Of a DNA stretch of 51,392 nt, positions 35,393 to 44,948 are shown one piece after another. Below the pieces are notes generated by a model. The model saw only the letters and a list, made by a program, of their open reading frames with translations. It was not told the origin of the DNA and ran no database searches. The first letter of the stretch is position 1. Each line of letters starts with the position of its first letter. The DNA is taken from positions 1-51,392 of the forward strand of contig JBHEPB010000260.1 in assembly GCA_046260515.1 (NCBI GenBank), in the 5' to 3' direction. The DNA is from Candidatus Binatia bacterium. GTDB lineage: Bacteria; Desulfobacterota; Binatia; UBA1149; CAITLU01. The position numbers were made by a program, and so were the translations under genes.

Positions 35393-37357
35393 ATGGAAGC
35401 CCGTCATGTCGAGCCACACTCCTTCCGCCTCTCGCAGCGCTGCGCAAAGGCCGGGCTCCGTGCCTCGGTCGCACTCGTGACCGTCGCGGCTTCCCTTTTC
35501 CTCGTGCCCATCATGCTCATCGTGCCCGTCCTGGCGGTTCCTTCCCTGGCCGCGCCGCCGGCTGCTGCTGGCCATCCGGCCGCGGTTCGCGTCATGCGCG
35601 AAGGCGGCCGCCCCGGCGCAGCGCCCGTTGCCCTCGAGGTGAAGGCGTTCTCTCGCGAGTTCCGCATTCGCCTCGAGCGCAACGACGCTCTCGTCGCCCC
35701 GGGCGCGAAGCTGGTGCTGGCGGGAGACCAAACACGCGAGGTCGCGCTGAAGCCGTCCGCATGGATGGGCACTGTCGAAGGGCAGCCCGGCAGCGTCGTG
35801 CGCGTTTCGATCGAAGGCTCCAGGGTAAGCGGATTCGTGCGCAGCGGCGATGAGGTCTACGTGATCGAGCCCACCGGCGAGCCCGGAAAAGGCGGCGAGG
35901 CCGGACACGAGGCCCGCCTCGGCAGCGAAGTTCTCGCCGCGAGCGAACCCGCCCCCTGCGGAGCCGAGCACCCGGCTTCTTCTTCCGCCTCGGGATCGAC
36001 GTCCGCGCTGGCAGCGGCGGTCACGACGACCGCGCGATCGGCAGGCGGCCCGATGCGACTGCTCGACGTCTCCGTCGTGGCCGATGCGCAGTTCTGGAAC
36101 CGCTTCGGCGAGGATGCTCCCGGGCACCTTCAGGACCTCTTCAACCAGGTGGACGGCATCTACCAGGCCGACCTCGGGGTCGCGCTGCAGATCCGGCAGA
36201 TGGTGATCTACACCTCCGCGTCGGCGCAGCCCTTCCCGACCACCGGCACCAGCGCCGTGGAAGTCCTCGGCGACCTCGCGATCGCCAGGAGCAACGATCC
36301 CACGTTCTCGATCAGCGCCGGCGACATCACGCACCTCGTCCTCGGCAGCGACCTCGGCGGGCCCATCGGCGTGGCCTGGCTGGGCGGCGTCTGCGACCCG
36401 GTGCACGGCACGGGCCTCAGCCAGGTAACCTCCCGCCCGGGCTACCTGGCCACCCTGCTGGTCGCCCACGAAATCGGTCACAACCTCGGCGCCCTGCACG
36501 ACGGCCAGCCCGGATCCGGCTGCGAGTCGGTTCCCGCGGCGTACATCATGTGGCCCACGCTCTACACCAGCCTCGACGACAGTTTCTCCTCGTGCTCCGC
36601 GGGCGCCATCGAGAACGGGGTCTCCGCGGCTTCCTGCATCGGGGAAGCCATCCCCGCCGGTTGCGGCGACGGCGTGCTGGATCCCGGCGAGCAGTGCGAC
36701 GACGGCAACAACAGGGGAGGCGACTGCTGCCGCCTCAACTGCACTTTCGACCTGGCCGGGGTTCCCTGCGCGGGAGCCGGCGAACTCTGCTGGGACGACG
36801 TCTGCGACGGCACCGGCACCTGCGCCGCCGTCCCCAACAACGAGCCCTGCAGCAGCGGCGACGCCTGCATGGACGCCCACTGCTTGGGCGGAGAGTGCGT
36901 GGCCTCGGACACGATGCGCGGCTTCTCGCAGATCAAGGCGCGCTTCCGCGTCGAGAGCAACGGGATGCTCGGCGACGGTTCTTTCACGGCGACGGCGCCC
37001 GCCAGCGAGGGCGGCAGCGACCCCAGGACGGACGGCCTCTCGCTCGGCATCGAAGTGGGCGGAGCGGCGATCTACGAGCAGTTCGTGCCGCCCCAGGCCT
37101 GGGTCAGCAAGAAACCGGGTGTCTACATGTACAAGACGAGCAGCCCCGTCCCCGGAGGGGTGCGCAGCGCCAAGATGGTGATCGGCGGGTCCACCGGCCA
37201 GGTCACCTACCGCTTCCGCCTCGGGCGACCGGCCATGGCCATGTCGCCGTCCACTCCGGATTTCCTGCTGCTGGCCGGTAACCGCGCCGACGGGCAGTGC
37301 GGAGCCGGCCACCCGCGCTACTGCGGCTACCGGGGAACGAAGTACCTCTGTGAGTGA
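35393..37357 (+). CDS. ADAM/reprolysin-like (M12B) zinc metalloprotease with propeptide-like region, disintegrin-like Cys-rich repeat and C-terminal module
   Basis: Track ORF 35240..37357. The ATG at 35393 precedes a TM/signal segment ([31 protein letters not shown]). The start is uncertain. The metzincin box [12 protein letters not shown] lies at 36467-36502. [27 protein letters not shown]... lies at 36662-36900. Confidence 0.8.
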   Translation: MEARHVEPHSFRLSQRCAKAGLRASVALVTVAASLFLVPIMLIVPVLAVPSLAAPPAAAGHPAAVRVMREGGRPGAAPVALEVKAFSREFRIRLERNDALVAPGAKLVLAGDQTREVALKPSAWMGTVEGQPGSVVRVSIEGSRVSGFVRSGDEVYVIEPTGEPGKGGEAGHEARLGSEVLAASEPAPCGAEHPASSSASGSTSALAAAVTTTARSAGGPMRLLDVSVVADAQFWNRFGEDAPGHLQDLFNQVDGIYQADLGVALQIRQMVIYTSASAQPFPTTGTSAVEVLGDLAIARSNDPTFSISAGDITHLVLGSDLGGPIGVAWLGGVCDPVHGTGLSQVTSRPGYLATLLVAHEIGHNLGALHDGQPGSGCESVPAAYIMWPTLYTSLDDSFSSCSAGAIENGVSAASCIGEAIPAGCGDGVLDPGEQCDDGNNRGGDCCRLNCTFDLAGVPCAGAGELCWDDVCDGTGTCAAVPNNEPCSSGDACMDAHCLGGECVASDTMRGFSQIKARFRVESNGMLGDGSFTATAPASEGGSDPRTDGLSLGIEVGGAAIYEQFVPPQAWVSKKPGVYMYKTSSPVPGGVRSAKMVIGGSTGQVTYRFRLGRPAMAMSPSTPDFLLLAGNRADGQCGAGHPRYCGYRGTKYLCE

Positions 37358-37524
37358 CGACGGCGTGATGGTGAGTGGGGCTGCGCGTACCGTGGCGCAG
37401 CAGCTTCCCTCGCAAGCTCCTTCTGGCGGAGACTTTGCAGCCACCGCCTTCGTCGCCTAGGCTGCGGGCAACGCCGACCAATCGCGTTGCCCGCAGCCCG
37501 CCCGTCGTCCTTGTGGGAATTCCG

Positions 37525-38091
37525 ATGAGCCCTGACCGGATCGTTCGCTACCGCATCAACTCTGACGACGAGCTCCTCGAAGTGGACGAAGGCTGGAGGC
37601 ACTTCGCTTTGGCCAACGACGCCGCCCACCTCCTCCACGACAACGTCCTCGGCCGCGTGCTCTGGGATTTCCTTTCGGACGACACCACGCGCCAGCTCTA
37701 CCAGCAGATCGTCAAGAAGGTCCGCAAGGGCGCCAGCACCACCTTCACCCTGCGCTGCGACGGCCCCACCTGTCGCCGCCACCTGGGAATGACCATCCGC
37801 GCCGACGAGTCCGGCAACGTCGAGTTCGAAACCACGGTGCTCCGGTCGGAGGATCGCGAGACGGTTGCCCTGCTGGATCCGGGGGCGAAGCGCTCCGACG
37901 CGATGCTACGCGTCTGCGCCTGGTGCAACCGCATCGACACCGGCGCCGGCCAATGGATGGAAGTCGAGGATGCCATCCGCCACCTCCGCCTCTTCGAGCT
38001 GGCCGCCATGCCCCAGCTGACCCACGGCGTCTGCGGCGAGTGCTTCCGTTTCATGGAATCCAAGCTCGACCAGCTGGACTCCCGCTCCTGA
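37525..38091 (+). CDS. PAS-like small protein with C-terminal CxWC...HGxCxxC zinc-ribbon-like motif
   Basis: Part of track ORF 37375..38091, starting at the ATG at 37525 (MSPDRIVRYRI), 188 aa. The PAS-like part is LEVDEGWRHFALANDAAHLLHDNVLGRVLWDFL. The tail is VCAWCNRIDTGAGQWMEV...LTHGVCGECF (37914-38046). Confidence 0.62.
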   Translation: MSPDRIVRYRINSDDELLEVDEGWRHFALANDAAHLLHDNVLGRVLWDFLSDDTTRQLYQQIVKKVRKGASTTFTLRCDGPTCRRHLGMTIRADESGNVEFETTVLRSEDRETVALLDPGAKRSDAMLRVCAWCNRIDTGAGQWMEVEDAIRHLRLFELAAMPQLTHGVCGECFRFMESKLDQLDSRS

Positions 38092-38221
38092 GGTGGAGGC
38101 CCAGGCTCGGCCCGCGCAGCGGCAAGCCCGTGACGGCCATGCGCGAGGTTCCGGCCCCTGCCGTCTTGCTGTCCCGCCCCAGCCGGGGCACCCTCCTGCT
38201 TTCGCGGGAGGACCTTCACCG

Positions 38222-38530
38222 ATGACACGACGATCACGACTCCGCAGCGCACGCCGAGGCTTCTCACTGGCCCTGGCGGCACTTGCCCTGGCGACCCTGG
38301 CCGGCTGTCCCACGCCCAAGCAGCTGGCCGCCATGCCGGGACTCGCCGACGTGACGCCCACGGGCCCTGAGGGACGCAGGTGCTACGACTTCTGCGCCCA
38401 GGCCGAAGTGTCCTGCAAGCACATCTGTCCGAAGGGCGGCCAGATCTGCTCCGACGACTGCATCCGCGACACCAAGCTCTGCCTGAAGGACTGCCCCGAA
38501 CTCCAGAATCACCTTCCGCCTCAGCCGTAG
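38222..38530 (+). CDS. Cys-rich lipoprotein with periodic (C-x3-C-x6)3-C-x3-C array; Tat-like signal
   Basis: Part of track ORF 38093..38530, starting at the ATG at 38222. The product begins MTRRSRLRSARRGFSLALAALALATLAGC, with an RRGFS twin-arginine-like motif and lipobox LAG|C. The array CYDFCAQAEVSCKHICPKGGQICSDDCIRDTKLCLKDC lies at 38381-38494. Confidence 0.65.
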   Translation: MTRRSRLRSARRGFSLALAALALATLAGCPTPKQLAAMPGLADVTPTGPEGRRCYDFCAQAEVSCKHICPKGGQICSDDCIRDTKLCLKDCPELQNHLPPQP

Positions 38531-38534
38531 ACGA

Positions 38535-38555
38535 CCTGCGCTCCGGGAACGCAGG
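38535..38555. terminator. weak hairpin between convergent genes
   Basis: CCTGCG-ctccgggaa-CGCAGG forms a 6 bp stem in the 54 nt gap between the stops at 38530 (+) and 38585 (-). Confidence 0.25.
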
Positions 38556-38584
38556 GGTTCGCGCGCGCCAGACTGGGCGGCGTC

Positions 38585-39570
<986 letters not shown>

Positions 39571-39574
<4 letters not shown>

Positions 39575-40566
39575 GACGACTTCCCTCGCGAGCGCAACAC
39601 CACCGGACAAGCCACGCTGCGGTCGTCGCCGAAACGTTCGAGCAAGGGATCGCGCGTGGCGCAGGCCGCCTCGGCCAGGTCGCAGCGGTTGTGGAAGCGG
39701 CACCCCGACGGCAGCTCCGACAGGCGCGGCACCACGCCGCCGATGGTGTCGAGCTTGGAGCGCGGCCGGCCAAGGCGGGGCACCGAGCGCAGCAGCCCCC
39801 GCGTGTAGGGATGGGCGGGATCGGCGAACACGGCAGCCACGGGTCCCTCCTCCACCACGCGCCCGGCGTACATCACCAACACGCGCTCGGCCCTCTCTGC
39901 TACCACGCCGAGGTCGTGCGTGATCAGCAGCAGGGCCATGCCGAGCTTCCGGCGCAGGTCGTCCAACAGCTCGAGGATCTGGGCCTGGATGGTCACGTCC
40001 AGGGCCGTGGTCGGCTCGTCGGCCATCAACAGCTCGGGGCCGCAAGACAAGGCCATGGCGATCATCACACGCTGGCGCATGCCGCCGCTCAGCTGGTGTG
40101 GATAGGCGCGGGCCCTTTCGGCCGGATCGGGGATCTCGACGAGGTCGAGCATCTTCACCGCTTCGGCCCAGGCCTCGGTGCGGGAGAGACCGCGGTGGAG
40201 TTGCACGGCCTCGGCCACCTGGAAGCCGACGGTGAGCACCGGGTTCAGCGAGGTCATCGGTTCCTGGAAAATCATCGCGATGCGCGCGCCGCGCACCTTG
40301 CGCATCTCGGGCTCCGCGAGGCCGGCCAGGTCGACCCCGTCCAGCAGCACGCGCCCCGAGGCGATGCGGCCGGCGGGAGCCTGGACCAGGCGCAGGATGG
40401 ACAGGGCCGTCACGCTCTTGCCGCAGCCAGACTCGCCCACCAGGGCCACGGTTTCGCCGGCTCCCACGCGGAAGGACACGCCGTCCACCGCGCGCACGAT
40501 GCCTTCGGCGGTGGCGAAGGTGGTGACGAGGTCCTCCACCTGGAGCAGGGTCTTCCCAGCAGTCAC
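39571..40566 (-). CDS. oppD: oligopeptide/dipeptide ABC transporter ATP-binding protein (OppD/DppD type)
   Basis: 331 aa. Supporting strings are [43 protein letters not shown] and [10 protein letters not shown]. Confidence 0.93.
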
Positions 40567-40573
40567 GTGCGCC

Positions 40574-41398
40574 TCACCTTGCCTTCAGCCGCGGATCGAG
40601 GACGTCGCGCAGGCCCTCGCCGAGAAGATTGTAGCCGAGCACCGTGATGAGGATGGCCAGGCCCGGGCACACCGACAGCCACCAGGCGACGCCGAGCGTG
40701 CTCTTGCCCTCGGTGAGGATGTTGCCCCAGCTTGCCGTGGGAGGCTGCACGCCGATGCCGAGGAAGGACAGCGCGCTCTCGACCAGGATGGCGCCGGCCA
40801 CGCCGAGGATGGCGGCCACGAAGACCGGCGCCATGGCGTTGGGCAGGGCATGTTTCAGGATGATGCGCGACGGCTTCATGCCCAGCGCCTCGGCCGCCAC
40901 CATGAAGTCGCGCTCGCGCAGGCTCAGCACCTCGGCGCGCACCAGGCGGCAGACGCCCATCCACGACGTCAGGCCGATCACCATCATGATGTTCCAGATG
41001 CTGGCGTCCAGGTAGGCGATCACCGCCAGGATGAGGAAGAAGGTGGGGAAAGTCAGCATCACGTCCACGAAGCGCATGATCACCGCGTCGATGAGGCCGC
41101 CGAAGAAGCCGGACACCGCGCCCAGGGTGACGCCGACGGCCGTGGAGATGCCGACCGCGACGAAGCCCACCAGCAACGAAACGCGGGCGCCGAAGAGCAT
41201 GCGGCTCAGCACGTCGCGGCCGATGCCGTCGGTGCCGAGGGGATGCAGGAGGCTCGGGCCTTCCAGGACGTGACGGGCGTCGAACTCGTCGGGATCCCAG
41301 GGCGCCAGCCACGGCGCGCCCACGGCCACGAGGAAGAGCAGCACCACGATGACGGCGCCGGCCACGGCCAGGGGGTTGGAGCGCAGGCGGGCCAGCAT
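40574..41398 (-). CDS. oppC: ABC transporter permease (OppC/DppC type)
   Basis: 274 aa and multi-TM. It carries the EAA-like loop ([25 protein letters not shown]) and the N-terminal OppC-type segment. Confidence 0.92.
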   Translation of the reverse strand: MLARLRSNPLAVAGAVIVVLLFLVAVGAPWLAPWDPDEFDARHVLEGPSLLHPLGTDGIGRDVLSRMLFGARVSLLVGFVAVGISTAVGVTLGAVSGFFGGLIDAVIMRFVDVMLTFPTFFLILAVIAYLDASIWNIMMVIGLTSWMGVCRLVRAEVLSLRERDFMVAAEALGMKPSRIILKHALPNAMAPVFVAAILGVAGAILVESALSFLGIGVQPPTASWGNILTEGKSTLGVAWWLSVCPGLAILITVLGYNLLGEGLRDVLDPRLKAR

Positions 41399-41399
41399 C

Positions 41400-42374
41400 T
41401 CAGCGCTTCCTCAGCCGCGGATCGACGGCCACGTACAGGAGGTCGGCCGCCAGGTTTCCGAGCAGGGTCAGCACCGCGCCGATCAGGGTGATGCCCATGA
41501 CCACCGGATAGTCGCGCGACAGCACGGCCGTGTAGAAGAGGCGCCCCATGCCGGGGATCGCGAAGATGGTCTCGGCGATGACGGCGCCGCCGATCAGGCC
41601 CGGGATCGAAAGACCGAGCAGGGTCACCACCGGCAGCAGGGCGTTACGCAGGGCGTGACGCATCAGCACCACGCGCTCGGAGAGGCCCTTGGCCCTGGCC
41701 GTCTGGATGTAGTCCTGGCGCAGCACCTCGAGCATGCTCGAGCGCATGTAGCGCGACATCCCGGCGAGCCCGGTTACGGCCGAGATCCCCACCGGCAGCA
41801 GCAGGTGGGAGAGGCGGTCGCCGATCTTGCCCATCGTCGTCATCGAGTCGTAGTCGAGGGAGCGAAGGCCCGAGATCGGCAGCCAGCCGAGCTGCTCGCC
41901 GAACAGCATCATCGCCAGCAGGGCGATCCAGAACCCCGGCATCGCGAAACCCACAAAGACGAAAACGGTGGTGATGCGGTCCCCCAGCGTGTACTGGCGC
42001 GCCGCCGAATAGATGCCGATGGGAATGGCCAGGACGAGGATGAGGAAGAGGCTGAGCACGTTGAGCAGCAGCGTGACCGGCAGGGCCTCGGCGATCTTGT
42101 CGAGGACGGGGCGGCGATCGCGCGAGAACGAGGTGCCGAGATCGCCCTGGACGATGCGCTTCAGCCACAGGCCGTACTGCACGTGCAGGGGCTGGTCGAG
42201 CCCGTAGTACTTCTCGAGCTGGATGCGGGCTTCGGGGCTGGCCTTGGGGTTCATGTCCGTCATCAGGTCCACGGGATTGCCGGGGGCCAGGGCCATCACC
42301 ATGAAGGACACGAAGGAGATGCCGAGCAGCAGCGGCACGAACCCGGCCAGCCTCCTGGAGAGATAGGCGAGCAC
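41400..42374 (-). CDS. oppB: ABC transporter permease (OppB/DppB type)
   Basis: 324 aa. The N-terminus [24 protein letters not shown] is typical of OppB, and the EAA loop is [25 protein letters not shown]. Confidence 0.92.
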   Translation of the reverse strand: MLAYLSRRLAGFVPLLLGISFVSFMVMALAPGNPVDLMTDMNPKASPEARIQLEKYYGLDQPLHVQYGLWLKRIVQGDLGTSFSRDRRPVLDKIAEALPVTLLLNVLSLFLILVLAIPIGIYSAARQYTLGDRITTVFVFVGFAMPGFWIALLAMMLFGEQLGWLPISGLRSLDYDSMTTMGKIGDRLSHLLLPVGISAVTGLAGMSRYMRSSMLEVLRQDYIQTARAKGLSERVVLMRHALRNALLPVVTLLGLSIPGLIGGAVIAETIFAIPGMGRLFYTAVLSRDYPVVMGITLIGAVLTLLGNLAADLLYVAVDPRLRKR

Positions 42375-42439
42375 GGCTCAGGCCGCCCTTCCCGCGACGG
42401 CGGCGGCGGCGCGGCGTGCTGCTGTGGTTCGTGGCGATC

Positions 42440-44125
42440 TCATTGGGTGATCACGTACTTCTGCTCGCCGGCCGGGACGTACCAGAAGGGGAAGTTCCAG
42501 GAAATGCCGGCCGGGGCTTCCTCGATGCCGCGGATGCGGGCCGCCACGATCGGCGTCGCCTCCGGCACGTAGAGGAAGGTGTAGGGCTGGTCCTGCTGGA
42601 GGATCTCCTGGATGCGATCGTAGATGCGCTTGCGCTCGGCTTCGTCGAAGGTGCGGCGGCCCTTCTCCAGCAGCTCGTCCACCTCCGCATTGGCGTAGCC
42701 GATGTGGTTGAACTGCTTGGGCCCCGTCTTCGACGAATGCCAGATGTCGTACTGGTCCGGGTCCAGCGACAGGCTCCAGCCGAGCACGATGGCCTCGAAA
42801 CGGCGCTTGTCGATGAAGTCGTTGATGAACGCCGACCATTCGAGCACGCGCACCGAGGCGTCCACGCCGATGTCGCGCAGGCGCTTCTGGATGATGGTGG
42901 CGGTCTTCAGCCTCTGGTCGTTGCCCTGGTTGGTGAGGATGCGGAAGGAGAAGGGCTCGCCGTCCTTGTCGAGGATGCCGTCGCCGTCGCTGTCCTTCCA
43001 ACCGGCCTCCGCGAGCAGGGCGCGGGCCTTGTCGGTGTCGCGGCGCATGGGCTCGAGCTTCTCGTTGACCCATACCGTGCCCGGGCGGTAGGGCCCCTCG
43101 GTGGGGCGCCCGAGGCCGAAAAGCACGGCATCCACGATTTCCTGCTTGTCGATGGCCAAACCGAGGGCCCGCCGCACGCGCACGTCGGCGAAGCGGGGAT
43201 CCTTCAGGTTGTAGGCCATGTAGGTGTAGGCGTTGGACACGTAGCGGTACTTGCGAAAATCGCGCGCGAACACCGGAGTGGAGGTCTGGCGGCTGTACTG
43301 CAGGGGCGTCAGCCCCATCATGTCGAGACCGCCGGATTTCAGCTCGAGGAACTGCGTCGATTGGTCGGGAATCACACGGTAGACGACGCGTTCGATCCAG
43401 GGGCGCCCGCGGTAGAAGTCCGGGTTCGCCCGGAGCGTGAAGCGGGTGTTGCGCTCCCAGATCTCGAACTTGTGGGAGCCGAGGCCCACCGGCTTCTGGC
43501 CGAAGTCGCTCTCGTTGATGTTCTTTCCTTCGAGGAGGTGGCGGGGCAGCACCACCATCGATCCCCACGACGAAAGCGCCGGCGCGAATGGCTTGTCGTA
43601 GATCACGCGGAAGGTGAAATCGTCGAGCAGCTCGAAGGACTGCACCTGCTTGTAGTCCTCGGCGTAGGCCGTCAGCGTCGCCGGGTCGCGGATCAGGTGG
43701 AAGCCGAACTCGACGTCGCGGGCCGTGAAGGGCTGCCCGTCCGTCCACTTCACGTCGCGCCTCAGGTGGAAGGTGATGCGCTGGCCGCCGTCCTCCACGT
43801 CCCATCGCTCGGCCAGGCGCGGTTCGAGGAAGCTCAGCGTCTTGTCGTAGGCCACCAGGCCCTCGAAGATGTTGCCGGCGTACTCGTGGGAGGCGCTGTC
43901 GGAGGCCAGCATCGGGATCAGCGTGGACGCGTCGCCGATGGTGCCGAAGACGATGGCGTCGCCGCGGGCGGGTGTGCCGGGATCGAGGGCCGCGGGAGGC
44001 TGGGCGGCAGCCTGCTGGGCCGTGCCGCCGTCGTCGCTGCACCCGGCGACGAGCACGCCCACGGCGAGGATCGCAAGGAGGGAGAAGAGCCGGGCCCTTC
44101 CCGCCGGGCGTCGCTCAGGTCCCAC
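42440..44125 (-). CDS. ABC transporter substrate-binding lipoprotein, family 5 (peptide/nickel/opine type)
   Basis: 561 aa with a GTG start and lipobox LVAG|C. SBP_bac_5-like strings are EGLVAYD, WTDGQPFTA.DV and NPDFYRGRP. It overlaps the upstream gene by 11 nt. Confidence 0.9.
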   Translation of the reverse strand: MGPERRPAGRARLFSLLAILAVGVLVAGCSDDGGTAQQAAAQPPAALDPGTPARGDAIVFGTIGDASTLIPMLASDSASHEYAGNIFEGLVAYDKTLSFLEPRLAERWDVEDGGQRITFHLRRDVKWTDGQPFTARDVEFGFHLIRDPATLTAYAEDYKQVQSFELLDDFTFRVIYDKPFAPALSSWGSMVVLPRHLLEGKNINESDFGQKPVGLGSHKFEIWERNTRFTLRANPDFYRGRPWIERVVYRVIPDQSTQFLELKSGGLDMMGLTPLQYSRQTSTPVFARDFRKYRYVSNAYTYMAYNLKDPRFADVRVRRALGLAIDKQEIVDAVLFGLGRPTEGPYRPGTVWVNEKLEPMRRDTDKARALLAEAGWKDSDGDGILDKDGEPFSFRILTNQGNDQRLKTATIIQKRLRDIGVDASVRVLEWSAFINDFIDKRRFEAIVLGWSLSLDPDQYDIWHSSKTGPKQFNHIGYANAEVDELLEKGRRTFDEAERKRIYDRIQEILQQDQPYTFLYVPEATPIVAARIRGIEEAPAGISWNFPFWYVPAGEQKYVITQ

Positions 44126-44948
44126 CCCCGCCCTCCGTGTCGATGTTCACGAAGCGCGCGCCGCCCGGACGGTCGATGCGGAAAGCGCCTTCCGGAAGCA
44201 CCACGCCCCTCTGCACCGACTTGTACTCCATGTCGAGGCGACTGCCGTCGGTGAAGCTGACCTCGACGCGGTGGGGGACGGCGACGCCGTCCACGTCGCG
44301 GTAGTCGCTGTACTTCGCTTCCACTTCGCGGCGATCCGGGTCACCCGAGATCTTCATGCGAATGGGCTGCAGGCTGTCGGCCGCCAGCACGAATTCGAGG
44401 ATGCCGCCGGAGCCGAGGCGTCGCCGCAGTTGCCAACCGCCTTCCACCGGATGCACGGCCGCCCAGCGCGTGTCGCCGAGCCCGGGCGGAAGGCCGCGAA
44501 GCACGGCCGCGAAGTCGCTGGCTCCCATGGGGATGCCGATGAAGCGGCGGAAGCTCTCGGCCTCGGCCTTGCCCTGGTAGTAGACGCTCTGGCGGCGATC
44601 GAAGGCCGACAGGGCCTTGCCGTCCGTTGCCACCGAGTAGCTGACCCCGAAGGGATGCATCACGTCGATGCGCGCGCTCGACGGCGCGCGCACCACCACC
44701 ACCTGGGTGGAACGGAAGCTCTGCTCCGGGGAGTTGTACTCGAGGCGGGCCTGGGCGCGGAAGGTGGCCAGGGCTTTGTCGCGGGCCTCGAGCACCTGCA
44801 GGGCCTGGGCGACGGTGGGAGCGGTGCCCGTGGGCAGGGGAGCGGCCGGCGTGCGCGCGACCGTTGCGGCGCAGGACGGCAGCAGGGCCAGCGTCGCGGC
44901 CAGAATCAGGAACCCGGCGCGGCGCCGGACGGGCTCAGATACCCTCAC
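44115..44948 (-). CDS. LolB/LolA-fold-like outer-membrane lipoprotein (DUF4292-like)
   Basis: 277 aa with lipobox LLPS|C. The family call rests on size, beta-rich composition and pairing with an upstream TPR lipoprotein, recalled from memory and not searched. Confidence 0.6.
   Translation of the reverse strand: MRVSEPVRRRAGFLILAATLALLPSCAATVARTPAAPLPTGTAPTVAQALQVLEARDKALATFRAQARLEYNSPEQSFRSTQVVVVRAPSSARIDVMHPFGVSYSVATDGKALSAFDRRQSVYYQGKAEAESFRRFIGIPMGASDFAAVLRGLPPGLGDTRWAAVHPVEGGWQLRRRLGSGGILEFVLAADSLQPIRMKISGDPDRREVEAKYSDYRDVDGVAVPHRVEVSFTDGSRLDMEYKSVQRGVVLPEGAFRIDRPGGARFVNIDTEGGGGT

Noticed and set aside
35108-37444. A 778-aa minus-strand ORF antisense to the ADAM-like protease.
   Set aside because: The plus strand carries HExxHxxGxxHD and Cys-rich repeats. 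The minus-strand frame is low-complexity.
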